Assembly (NCBI GenBank): GCA_015065805.1
Contig: SVPN01000004.1
Span: 17,186 to 81,185 of the forward strand
Length of the DNA stretch: 64,000 nucleotides
Direction of reading: 5' to 3'
Source: Oscillospiraceae bacterium
GTDB lineage: Bacteria; Bacillota; Clostridia; Oscillospirales; Acutalibacteraceae
Of the stretch, positions 1-8,246 are shown piece after piece. Each line of letters begins with the position of its first letter. The stretch's first letter is position 1. The translations under genes and the position numbers were made by a program. The notes under the pieces are model-generated. The model saw only the letters and a program-made list of their open reading frames with translations. It was not told the DNA's origin and made no database searches.

Positions 1-261
1 GACATAAGTACCGGTGTTATGCACCATAATGTACTTCAGGTTAAAGGCTCTCGTGCTCAACGAGGAACGGAAATCCACCGTCACCTTCGTTTCGGCATCG
101 GTGCCCGCACCGAGGGTATAGGTTGTGTTGTTGGTTCTACCGTTGTGCGAAGGCATCACGTACGGCGATGCCGACACCCATTCGGGCACCAGCGCGATCG
201 CGGGCATCATCGCCGCCATCATCACCAGGCACAGCAGGCCGGACAACAGGCGCTTCATCAT
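1..261 (-). CDS. Secreted protein, N-terminal fragment (gene runs off the left edge)
   Basis: Absent from the ORF track because it has no in-window stop. Reverse-strand ATGATG at 256-261 follows GGGAG with a 9-nt spacer. It opens MMKRLLSGLLCLVMMAAMMPAIALVPEW..., a signal-peptide-like N-terminus, and stays open for all 87 codons to position 1. Function is not recognisable from this fragment. Confidence 0.6.
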   Translation of the reverse strand, partial: MMKRLLSGLLCLVMMAAMMPAIALVPEWVSASPYVMPSHNGRTNNTTYTLGAGTDAETKVTVDFRSSLSTRAFNLKYIMVHNTGTYV

Positions 262-467
262 AAGGATCGTCTCCCTTCCTGATTTTGGGTGTTTTGCAAA
301 CTCTTACAGCTATCATTATACATAATAAGCCATATATTGTCAACCGACCCTTGTGATATTCATCAAAATTTCCTCACTTTTGCCGCTGTTTTCGTCAATA
401 TAAACAACAACATTCCGCTCCGTTTGGCTATTTCCAAACAAAAATTCATCCCGCTAATGCGCTGAAA

Positions 468-1310
468 TCAGACATTTTCTGCACACGTACGGACATTTTC
501 AGCAACCGTTATCTCCACAGCCGACTCCCCGATCCCGTTTTCGCACAACAATTGCTTCACCCGCTCTTTCACCTCAGGGAGATCTCCGTCCGCTGTCAGG
601 CACAGCATAACCGCCGTCTGTTCTCCGTCTGTGCTCCACACATACAACCGCTCAACCGACACAACGCCTTGTGCCGCCTGCACACTCTCACGTAACGCCT
701 TTGTATCCAGCGGTGACGCTTCCAGAAGGATGGGTGCGCCCTCCTTCAGATGCCCGATCGCGTGAATACCGATAAACACCGCCAGTGCGATCGACAACAG
801 AGGGTCGATCCACACCCAATCCGTCAGCCGTATGACAACCGCGGCAACCAGCACCGCAACCCATCCTAAAACATCCTCCAGTAAATGCCAGAACACCGCC
901 TTCTGGTTGAACGACTCTCCCCTGTGCGTCAGCAGGGCGGCAACGCCGTTCACTGCAATTCCTAAAACAGCAAAGATCAGCATCCCGTCATAATGAATCG
1001 TTGACGGCTCTCTCAGCTTTCCGATTGCGTGAACGATCACCGCCGCCGAACCGATCAACAGCAGTAACGCCGTTACAAGTCCGCCCAGCACGGTATAACG
1101 GGCATAGCCGAAGGTGTAGCGATCATCCGCCGCGCGCTTGCTTTTCCTTTCAAACCAATACGCCAGCGCGATCCCGAGCGCATCGATCAGATCGTGCACC
1201 GCGTCCGACAGGATCGCCGCACTTCCCGTAAACACGCCGCCGACAAATTCCAGCAGTGAAAACCCCGTGTTGAGCAAAAATGCCGTCAGCATCGTTTTTT
1301 CCGTTTTCAT
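468..1310 (-). CDS. Cation diffusion facilitator (CDF) family metal efflux transporter
   Basis: ORF 468..1418 trimmed to the internal ATG (MKTEKTMLTAF...) that follows a GGAGG-like RBS. About six TM segments, with CDF-type motifs (SDAVHDLIDALG, HLLEDVLGW) and a C-terminal cytoplasmic domain. Confidence 0.85.
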   Translation of the reverse strand: MKTEKTMLTAFLLNTGFSLLEFVGGVFTGSAAILSDAVHDLIDALGIALAYWFERKSKRAADDRYTFGYARYTVLGGLVTALLLLIGSAAVIVHAIGKLREPSTIHYDGMLIFAVLGIAVNGVAALLTHRGESFNQKAVFWHLLEDVLGWVAVLVAAVVIRLTDWVWIDPLLSIALAVFIGIHAIGHLKEGAPILLEASPLDTKALRESVQAAQGVVSVERLYVWSTDGEQTAVMLCLTADGDLPEVKERVKQLLCENGIGESAVEITVAENVRTCAENV

Positions 1311-1360
1311 CGAACCCCTCCTGTTGACACCATCCGAAAAATCGGATACAATAGAATTAT

Positions 1361-1379
1361 ATCGAACACATTGTTCGAT
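1361..1379. promoter_or_regulatory. Perfect 8-3-8 inverted repeat ATCGAACA-CAT-TGTTCGAT, candidate TetR operator
   Basis: The palindrome was read directly in the 167-bp divergent intergenic region between the CDF transporter and the TetR gene. The operator role is inferred from family behaviour. Confidence 0.5.
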
Positions 1380-1477
1380 TACTATTATATTCAAGCACTG
1401 GATTCTTTCAACAAACAAACCGCGGCAAATGTACGATACCGAACAGTTTTGCCGATCTGTACGAAGGAGAGATATGT

Positions 1478-2029
1478 ATGGACAGACGACAGCACAAAAC
1501 CCGCAAAGCCGTTTTCGACGCCTTCTCGGAACTGCTTTCCGTCAAAAGCTATCACCATATCACCGTCGGCGATATCCTTGCACGTGCCGACATCGGACGC
1601 GCAACCTTTTATGCCCATTTTGAAACCAAGGATTATCTGCTCAAGGAGCTGTGCGAGGAGCTGTTCTGTCATATTTTCGATGCCGCAAGCGATTCGCCGC
1701 CTGCCCACGATCACATTTTTCGGTGCGATGCTCCCGAATCGGTGTTTTTGCACCTGTTTGAGCACCTTGCGCACAACGACCGCCATTTGTTGCAACTGCT
1801 CACCGGTCAGAATGCACTGCTGTTTTCGCCGTATTTTAAAAGCGGACTGCGGCGACTGGTGCAGACACAATTGCCGCTGTTTGAAGCGCGCAGGCACGCC
1901 GAGCTACCCGACGATTTCTGGATCGATCACATTGTTTCCTGCTTTATGCAGACGCTTTTGTGGTGGCTCGAAAACGGCAAACAGCAATCCGCCGCCACCG
2001 TCACCTCCTATTTTCTGTTATCCGTATAA
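1478..2029 (+). CDS. TetR/AcrR family transcriptional regulator
   Basis: The N-terminus (KTRKAVFDAFSELLSVKSYHHITVGDILARADIGRATFYAHF) is a typical TetR HTH. Its length is 183 aa, and it lies divergent to a transporter. Confidence 0.9.
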   Translation: MDRRQHKTRKAVFDAFSELLSVKSYHHITVGDILARADIGRATFYAHFETKDYLLKELCEELFCHIFDAASDSPPAHDHIFRCDAPESVFLHLFEHLAHNDRHLLQLLTGQNALLFSPYFKSGLRRLVQTQLPLFEARRHAELPDDFWIDHIVSCFMQTLLWWLENGKQQSAATVTSYFLLSV

Positions 2030-2032
2030 CAA

Positions 2033-2079
2033 AACCCTCCGCAAGCCGACAGTTGTCGGTTTGCGGAGGGTTTATTTGC
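2033..2079. terminator. Bidirectional intrinsic terminator between TetR (+) and NUDIX (-)
   Basis: Long hairpin AAACCCTCCGCAAGCCGACA..TGTCGGTTTGCGGAGGGTTT followed by TTATTT. It is flanked by convergent stop codons. Confidence 0.7.
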
Positions 2080-2096
2080 CTTTGCCTAAGCTCAGC

Positions 2097-2651
2097 TTAC
2101 AGTAAGCCTTGCTCTTTCATCCGCGCCACTTTCAGAACAGCGACCTGTGTTTTGGAATCGCGCAGTTCATCCGCCATCACCATCTCCACCGCTTTTGCAA
2201 GCGGGATGCGCAACACATCCAGGAATTCATCCTCGTCCGTGTGCTGAGCACCGAACGACAGTCCCGTTGCCAGATACAGATGAATGATCTCCCCGCAGTA
2301 GCCCGGGGTCGGGTACAGCTTGCCGAGCGACACGATCGTTTTTGCCGTCGCGCCCGTCTCCTCGGACAGCTCGCGGATACCTGCCTTGAGAGGATCCTCG
2401 CCTTTTTCCAGCTTACCGGCAGGCAGCTCCGTGATCACCTCTTCATACGGACAGCGAAACTGCCGCACGAACAACAGCTCCTCATCCTCGGTCAACGCCG
2501 CCACGCACACGCCGCCCGGATGTGCCACAATTTCACGCATCGCGGTTTCGCCGTTTGGCAACAGTGCCTTGTTATGATAGACCGTGATCACGCGTCCGTC
2601 AAAAATCAATTGCTCCTGCAGTGTTTTTTCAACCAATTTTTCATCGTGCAT
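2097..2651 (-). CDS. nudF: NUDIX hydrolase, ADP-ribose pyrophosphatase type
   Basis: Nudix box GKLEKGEDPLKAGIRELSEETG. The overall layout matches ADP-ribose pyrophosphatases (184 aa). Confidence 0.8.
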   Translation of the reverse strand: MHDEKLVEKTLQEQLIFDGRVITVYHNKALLPNGETAMREIVAHPGGVCVAALTEDEELLFVRQFRCPYEEVITELPAGKLEKGEDPLKAGIRELSEETGATAKTIVSLGKLYPTPGYCGEIIHLYLATGLSFGAQHTDEDEFLDVLRIPLAKAVEMVMADELRDSKTQVAVLKVARMKEQGLL

Positions 2652-2721
2652 AGTGTATCATCCTTTCACATAGATATATACATATACTCTTTCTAACAGA
2701 CTACCAAAGGAGATCTGCTCT

Positions 2722-3624
2722 ATGTCCTGTATCGTTACCGCGCAGACCGCCGACAGTCAGGCGGTTTTGGCGCTCTCATCCGCACTGTGTCATGCGTATC
2801 CGTTTTTGCAACGTACCGTCATCGGCACCAGCGTCTGCGGCCGTCCCATTGAAGCGCTGTCCGTCGGTCACGGTGAAAACGCCGTACTGTTCGCCGCCGC
2901 CTTTCACGCACAGGAGTGGATGACCTCTCTTGTGGCGCTCAGGCTGTGCGAGGAGCTGTGCCGCCTGTACAGCGGCGAGGTGATCCCCGAGCGCTTCAAT
3001 TATCCGCTCGTCGCCGCCTCCCGCACCATCGTCATTGTGCCGCAGGTCAACCCGGACGGGGTGGACATCGCCGTTCACGGTTCCAAAGCAGGCGGCTCAC
3101 ACGCCGCTATGCTTCATATACAGGGAGCGGATATCAAAGGCTACTGGCAGGCAAACGCCGCAGGTGTGGATATCAATCACAATTTCAACGCAGGCCGTGA
3201 GCGGTTGCAGGCGCTGGAGCGCAGTCACGGCATTCACGCGCCCTGCGGCAGACAATTCGGCGGTACCTCCGCCGAAAGCGAACCCGAAACGCGCGCCCTC
3301 ACCGCCCTTTGCCGCCGTCTGCCGTTCACACACGTCGCCGCCCTGCATTCACAGGGAGAAGAGATCTATTGGCAATACGGTGAGCGCACCCCGCCGATCG
3401 CTCGTATGACAGCGCGGGTAATGGGCTCCTTAAGCGGCTATACCCCCGCCGCTCCCGACGGAATGGCATCCCACGGCGGCTTCAAGGATTGGTTTATAGA
3501 AGAAACGGGACGGATGGGCTTCACCTTTGAACTCGGCAAAGGACACAACCCGTTGCCCCTGAGCGACTTCGAACCGCTGTGGGAAAAGGTAAAGGAAATG
3601 CTGCTGTTCACCGCGGTGCTCTGA
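2722..3624 (+). CDS. M14 family zinc carboxypeptidase (gamma-D-glutamyl-meso-diaminopimelate peptidase-like)
   Basis: Zinc-ligand motifs HAQEW and ALHSQGE, plus NPDG and SEPET motifs typical of bacterial M14 peptidoglycan peptidases. No signal peptide is evident. Confidence 0.7.
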   Translation: MSCIVTAQTADSQAVLALSSALCHAYPFLQRTVIGTSVCGRPIEALSVGHGENAVLFAAAFHAQEWMTSLVALRLCEELCRLYSGEVIPERFNYPLVAASRTIVIVPQVNPDGVDIAVHGSKAGGSHAAMLHIQGADIKGYWQANAAGVDINHNFNAGRERLQALERSHGIHAPCGRQFGGTSAESEPETRALTALCRRLPFTHVAALHSQGEEIYWQYGERTPPIARMTARVMGSLSGYTPAAPDGMASHGGFKDWFIEETGRMGFTFELGKGHNPLPLSDFEPLWEKVKEMLLFTAVL

Positions 3625-4315
3625 CGCGACGAACCCAGATCAGCACCACTGTCGCTGTCACCGTTGCCGCCGCGACCACCGCGATCACAAGCCAAAGTGC
3701 CGCCTGTGAAACGGGCGGTGCTTTTTCATAATCGTACGTTTCTGCCATCGGCGGTATGCCGTTCGTATAGTCATTGTGCAAATAGGCCGGCAGGAACAGC
3801 GCCTGACAATCTTCATACACCTTCACGGTATCCCGCTGTGCCTTTGTCACGATCACGGGATCGTAGCCGTACGATTCCAGACGCTGTACCTCGTTGTCCG
3901 ACAGCGTGTGTGCAGAAATCAGCATCGTCTCGGGATCGTATTTCAGCCTCTCCACCGTTTCACCCAGACGGTTGATCATAAACGATTCCCCCGTTTCGGT
4001 ATCGCGGCAGACATCCAGCCTGCCGATCGTCAGAAACCCGCGGTGTCCCAGCTCCGCATCCACAAACGCATAGGCGTGCGCCTGCTTGGGAGCATCCGGC
4101 TCTCCCGCTTCGACGCTGAGAAGCTCCTTGCGTCCGTCAAGATCGACATCGATAAACTGCACCCAATACACGGGGTAATCCTCCGTCCACACGGGCTCGC
4201 AGTAAATCGCCTGCATAAATTCTTCTGTTTCGGCTTCCGTATACGGCGTTGCCGATACAGGCAAGGTCAGCAACAGCGTCAACAGCATCACAGCCATCAG
4301 CAGTATCCGTTTCAA
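3608..4315 (-). CDS. Hypothetical exported, membrane-anchored protein
   Basis: N-terminal signal peptide (MKRILLMAVMLLTLLLTLPVSA) and a C-terminal TM helix followed by a basic tail (WLVIAVVAAATVTATVVLIWVRRVR). Its 3' end overlaps the convergent M14 gene by 17 nt. I recognise no family. Confidence 0.55.
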   Translation of the reverse strand: MKRILLMAVMLLTLLLTLPVSATPYTEAETEEFMQAIYCEPVWTEDYPVYWVQFIDVDLDGRKELLSVEAGEPDAPKQAHAYAFVDAELGHRGFLTIGRLDVCRDTETGESFMINRLGETVERLKYDPETMLISAHTLSDNEVQRLESYGYDPVIVTKAQRDTVKVYEDCQALFLPAYLHNDYTNGIPPMAETYDYEKAPPVSQAALWLVIAVVAAATVTATVVLIWVRRVRAPR

Positions 4316-4403
4316 AGCATACCCTCCGTCGGTTCATTTGTGCTCAGTATAGCACATTCCGCCCGTCGGTGCAACCAAAAGTTCACCGCCGCATCGGATG
4401 CAC

Positions 4404-4432
4404 TTGCCGCATCGGTAGTTATGTGCTATACT
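4404..4432 (+). promoter_or_regulatory. Candidate sigma-A promoter TTGCCG-17-TATACT upstream of the TIR/TPR gene
   Basis: The hexamers and 17-nt spacer were read directly. It lies about 70 nt upstream of the ATG at 4503. Confidence 0.45.
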
Positions 4433-4502
4433 GATCTTGCGAAAACGCTCGGATTGTGTTGGTTACATATATACCCAAAAAATTTAAGGAAGTGAAACCG
4501 TA

Positions 4503-7196
4503 ATGGCAACATTGCTTTACAAAACCCGCGGATCGGCTTCTCCGCAGGGCAAACCCAAGGTCTACCTCTGCTGTCACCCCGAGGACGCCGAACGCTTCAC
4601 CGAAGCCGTGTGCGACGAACTGCTCCAAAAGCAAAACTGCGCCGTGTGGTATTTGGAAGACCCGCACGCCGTGCGCGACGAAGAGCTGCTCGACGATCTC
4701 AAATCGATGCAGTTGTTCGTGATGCCCGTCACAAGGCGACTGCTTTCCACCGAAAACCCCGCCATCGACACGGAGTTTGCGTTTGCGACGGAGCATCACA
4801 TCCCCGTGTTACCGCTGATGCAGGAGGACGGACTGGACGTGCTGTTCAACGAACGTTGCGGCGATCTGCAATACCTCAGCCGCTTTGTCTCCGACCCCAC
4901 CGCTATCCCCTATGACGAAAAGCTTGCAAACTATCTGTCCTCAGTGCTCATCGGTGACGAGCTTGCCGAAAAGATCCGCGCCGCCTTTGACGCGTATGTA
5001 TTTTTAAGCTACCGCAAAAAAGACCGCCGCTATGCGCAGGAGCTGATGTGCCTGATCCATAAGCACGACTTTGCGCGCGATATCGCCATCTGGTACGATG
5101 AATTCCTCACCCCGGGTGAAAACTTCACCGATGCCATCCGCAAAGCCTTGCGGGACAGCGAGCTGTTTGTGTTAGCGGTCACCCCGCACCTCACCGAACC
5201 CGACAACTACGTGATGACCACGGAATACCCGCTTGCGCGCGAAGAGGGCAAGCCCGTCTTACCCGCGCAGATGTGCCCGACCGACCGTGACGCACTGGCA
5301 GGTGCCTTTGACGGCATTCCCGCGTGCACCGATGCGCACGACGATGCGGCAATGTCCGACGCGTTGCTTGACGCATTGCGGGCGGTCGCCTGCCGCGAAA
5401 ACGACACCCCCGAGCACAATTTCTTTATCGGTCTTGCCTATCTCGGCGGTGTCGATGTGGAGGTAGACCGCGACCGCGCCCTGACGCTGATCACCTCCGC
5501 GGCAGAGGAAGGCTTGACCGAAGCACTCGACAAGCTCGTGGAGATGTACCGAAACGGCATCGGTGTCGAACGCAACTTCCGCACCGCTATTCACTGGTTA
5601 GAACGAAAAGCGCAGTTTGCGCAAAAGCGGTACACCGACAACCCCACCGAAGAAAACGCCAACGATCTCTTTTGGTGCTTTATGGATTGCGGCGATGCGT
5701 TAAAAGGCATTGCCGATCTTGACGGTGCAAAAGCGTACTATCAAAAAGGGTTGGAGCTTCGCGTCACCCTTGCCGACGAAACGGGAACGGTCGAAGCCCG
5801 CCGCGATCTGTCGGTCAGCTACGAAAGGTTAGGCGATATTGCGAAAGCCCAAGGCGATCTTGACGGTGCAAAAGCGTACTATCAAAAGGGCTTGGAGCTC
5901 TCGCTCACCCTTGCCGACGAAACGGGAACGGTGCAGGCGCGCCGTGATCTCTCAATCAGCTATAATAAGTTAGGCGATATTGCCGAGACCCAAGGCGATC
6001 TTGATGCAGCAAAAACGTATTACCAAAAAGGCTTGGAGCTTCGCGTCACCCTTGCCGACGAAACGGGAACGGTCGAAGCCCGCCGCGATCTCTCGATCAG
6101 CTACGAAAGGTTAGGCGATATTGCGAAAGTCCAAGGCGATCTTGACGGTGCAAAGGCGTACTATCAAAAAGGCTTGGAGCTTCGCGTCACCCTTGCCGAC
6201 GAAACGGGAACGGTCGAAGCCCGCCGCGATCTTTCAGTCAGCTACGATAAGTCAGGCGATATTGCCGAGGCTCAAGGCGATCTTGACGGTGCAAAGACGT
6301 ATTACCAAAAAGGCTTGGAGCTTGCCGTCACCCTTGCCGACGAAACGGGAACGGTAGAGGCGCGCCGTGATCTCTCGGTCAGCTACGAAAGGTTAGGCGG
6401 CATTGCCGAAGCCCAAGGCGATCTTGACGGCGCAAAAGCGTATTATCAAAAAAGCCTGGAGCTTGCCGTCACCCTTGCCGACGAAACGGAAACGGTGCAG
6501 GCCCGCCGTGATCTCTCGATCAGCTATAATAAGTTAGGCGATATTGCGAAAGTCCAAGGCGATCTTGACGGTGCAAAGACGTATTACCAAAAAGACTTGG
6601 AGCTTGCCGTCACCCTTGCCGACGAAACGGGAACGGTCGAAGCCCGCCGCGACCTGTCGGTCAGCTACGAAAAATTAGGCGATATTGCGAAAGCCCAAGG
6701 CGATCTTGACGGTGCAAAGACGTATTACCAAAAAGACTTGGAGCTCTCGCTCACCCTTGCCGACGAAACGGGAACGGTGTTAGCACGCCGCGATCTGTCG
6801 GTCAGCTATAACAGACTCGGTGATATTGCCGAGGCCCAAGGCGATCTTGACGGTGCAAAGGCGTACTATCAAAAGGGCTTGGAGCTTCGCATCACCCTTG
6901 CCGACGAAACGGGAACCGCTGAAAGCATCGATGATCTTGCCATATCGCACTACAAACTCGCCTTTGTCAGCGATACCGCCGAAAAAGTCACCCATCTTCG
7001 CGAAGCGTTGCGACTCTTCACCCTGCTTTGCGAGCAATGCCCGCAGGTGCCGATTTACCGACAAAGACGCGATATCGTGCAGAGCGAGCTTGACAAGCTC
7101 ACTCCCGCCGACACAAGCGGCAACAATACCTCCCCCAAAAAGCGCAACCCTCTTGAAAATGAACTGCAAAACCTCTTCAACAGCAAAAAGCCGTAA
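4503..7196 (+). CDS. Double TIR-domain protein with Sel1-like repeats and nine 47-aa TPR-like repeats
   Basis: RBS AAGGAAGTGA upstream. Residues ~165-260 (YVFLSYRKKD...LFVLAVTPHL...TTEYPLA...PVLP) form a TIR_2-type domain. Residues ~18-105 are a recognisable paralog of it (VYLCCHPED...LFVMPVTRRL...DTEFAFA...PVLP). Residues ~305-370 are Sel1-like (LAYLGG..., MYRNGIGVERNFRTAIHWLERKA). Nine GDLDGAKxYYQKGLEL..TLADETGTVEARRDLSVSYxxLGDIA units follow. No signal peptide or TM segment. Confidence 0.8.
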   Translation: MATLLYKTRGSASPQGKPKVYLCCHPEDAERFTEAVCDELLQKQNCAVWYLEDPHAVRDEELLDDLKSMQLFVMPVTRRLLSTENPAIDTEFAFATEHHIPVLPLMQEDGLDVLFNERCGDLQYLSRFVSDPTAIPYDEKLANYLSSVLIGDELAEKIRAAFDAYVFLSYRKKDRRYAQELMCLIHKHDFARDIAIWYDEFLTPGENFTDAIRKALRDSELFVLAVTPHLTEPDNYVMTTEYPLAREEGKPVLPAQMCPTDRDALAGAFDGIPACTDAHDDAAMSDALLDALRAVACRENDTPEHNFFIGLAYLGGVDVEVDRDRALTLITSAAEEGLTEALDKLVEMYRNGIGVERNFRTAIHWLERKAQFAQKRYTDNPTEENANDLFWCFMDCGDALKGIADLDGAKAYYQKGLELRVTLADETGTVEARRDLSVSYERLGDIAKAQGDLDGAKAYYQKGLELSLTLADETGTVQARRDLSISYNKLGDIAETQGDLDAAKTYYQKGLELRVTLADETGTVEARRDLSISYERLGDIAKVQGDLDGAKAYYQKGLELRVTLADETGTVEARRDLSVSYDKSGDIAEAQGDLDGAKTYYQKGLELAVTLADETGTVEARRDLSVSYERLGGIAEAQGDLDGAKAYYQKSLELAVTLADETETVQARRDLSISYNKLGDIAKVQGDLDGAKTYYQKDLELAVTLADETGTVEARRDLSVSYEKLGDIAKAQGDLDGAKTYYQKDLELSLTLADETGTVLARRDLSVSYNRLGDIAEAQGDLDGAKAYYQKGLELRITLADETGTAESIDDLAISHYKLAFVSDTAEKVTHLREALRLFTLLCEQCPQVPIYRQRRDIVQSELDKLTPADTSGNNTSPKKRNPLENELQNLFNSKKP
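5712..6980 (+). repeat. Nine in-frame tandem 141-bp repeats (47-aa units) inside the TIR/TPR gene
   Basis: Unit boundaries were checked at 5712 and 5853, a 141-nt period. Most units differ by only a few substitutions by eye. The last unit degenerates in its second half. Confidence 0.9.
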
Positions 7197-7205
7197 ACAT
7201 TCCCC

Positions 7206-7242
7206 GCCGCGGATCGATTTTTTCGATCCGCGGCATTTTTTT
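7206..7242 (+). terminator. Intrinsic terminator of the TIR/TPR gene
   Basis: GCCGCGGATCGA-TTTTT-TCGATCCGCGGC hairpin followed by ATTTTTTT, 10 nt after the stop codon. Confidence 0.85.
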
Positions 7243-7390
7243 GCGGATGCCCCGCCGTTTTGCGGCAACGCGGTGCCTTGGTGCCGCCACTTTGCCGCAA
7301 TTTTCAAATTCTCTGCCGAGGAATCCCCCCGACGACTTCGCCGTCGCCTTCCTCGCCGGAGACGGCAACCCCTTTGTCCGCGTTGCGGAC

Positions 7391-7735
7391 ATTTCCCCTG
7401 ACAGGGGAATCGCCTTTAACAAGGTGGTCAAGGATCAAGAAACACCTAAACAGGCGGATCTTCTTGCCTCCCTTGTCAAAGGGAGGTGGATTTCGGCGTC
7501 AGCCGAAAGACGGAGGGATTCTTCAAAGGGAATCCCCCCGTCACCGCATAGCGGTGCCGACCCCCTTTGACAAGGGGGTCAAGGACTTGGGGTGCCTCCT
7601 GCATAGTAGAAAACGGCAGTCTTCTTGCCTCCCTTGTCAAAGGGAGGTGGATTTCGGTATCACAAGATACCGAAAGACGGAGGGATTCTTTCCTACTCTC
7701 CGTTAAGGAATCCCCCCAACGGCGGCAGCAAGCCG
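7391..7735. repeat. Two tandem copies of a ~165-nt hairpin-rich non-coding element
   Basis: The near-identical cores at 7459-7523 and 7620-7690 read TCTTCTTGCCTCCCTTGTCAAAGGGAGGTGGATTTCGG..CCGAAAGACGGAGGGATTCTT. Each unit also carries GGTCAAGGA, GGAATCCCCCC and GC-rich terminal hairpins. All ORFs here translate the repeats and look non-coding. Confidence 0.7.
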
Positions 7736-7794
7736 CCGCCCCCGACGATGCCGGTGGATGGGATCCAACGACCGCCGTTTCGCGGGGATAAACC

Positions 7795-7836
7795 GAAAAA
7801 ACCGCCGATGCGATTTCTCGCATTCGGCGGTTTTTC
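7795..7836 (-). terminator. Intrinsic terminator downstream of the 7881..8246 gene
   Basis: CCGCCGATGCGA..TCGCATTCGGCGG hairpin flanked by an A-run and a T-run. Confidence 0.65.
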
Positions 7837-7880
7837 GAAAAAGAAGATAAATAAAAATAGAGAGGATTGGGCAAAATCGT

Positions 7881-8246
7881 TTATGCGGCAATGTCAATGT
7901 GTGCCGCGGCGCGCTGACGGCGAACCAGACGCAGGGGCTCCATCGTGTTGAACATATCCGCGCGGAAGCGGTTGCGCAAACGCACACGCGCCTTGAACTC
8001 CTCACGGTCATTCTTCATCGCTACGGCGCACGCGATCAGCACCGCCGCGCGAGCCGCCACCAAAAGCAGCATCACCGCGGGGTTGGTCACGCCCGACAGC
8101 AGTCCGAACAGCGCCACCTCACCGACCGCCATCAACAGGGCGATCCCCGCCACGCGACGCGTTGCCGCAAAATGTGCTTTGATCATCATATACCCGGTCA
8201 TCATCACAAACGCCGTGATGCTTACAATACTGATTACCATACTCAT
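7881..8246 (-). CDS. Small hypothetical membrane protein
   Basis: ORF 7881..8288 trimmed to the ATG that follows GGAGGT (MSMVISIVSITAFVMM...). It has three predicted hydrophobic helices and a basic C-terminal tail. I recognise no family. Confidence 0.5.
   Translation of the reverse strand: MSMVISIVSITAFVMMTGYMMIKAHFAATRRVAGIALLMAVGEVALFGLLSGVTNPAVMLLLVAARAAVLIACAVAMKNDREEFKARVRLRNRFRADMFNTMEPLRLVRRQRAAAHIDIAA

Noticed and set aside
5712-6980. A regularly spaced repeat array that could look like a CRISPR locus
   Set aside because: The 141-bp units are contiguous, with no unique spacers. They lie in frame inside a long ORF and encode a coherent 47-aa protein repeat. No cas genes are present in the window.
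4503-7196. The TIR/TPR protein (and the TIR-LRR protein at 41564..43240) as the ThsB component of a canonical Thoeris system
   Set aside because: No ThsA-type (SIR2/SLOG or Macro-TM) gene is adjacent to either TIR gene. Neighbours are housekeeping genes or unrelated families, so the canonical system call is not supported.
7241-8011. Several 70-150-aa ORFs on both strands (for example 7260..7706 +, 7476..7874 -, 7625..7951 +) as possible small genes
   Set aside because: They only translate the hairpin-rich repeats, giving Pro/Arg/Gly-rich junk such as LPPLSKGGGF. They overlap each other in several frames, lack RBSs and lie between two convergent terminators.
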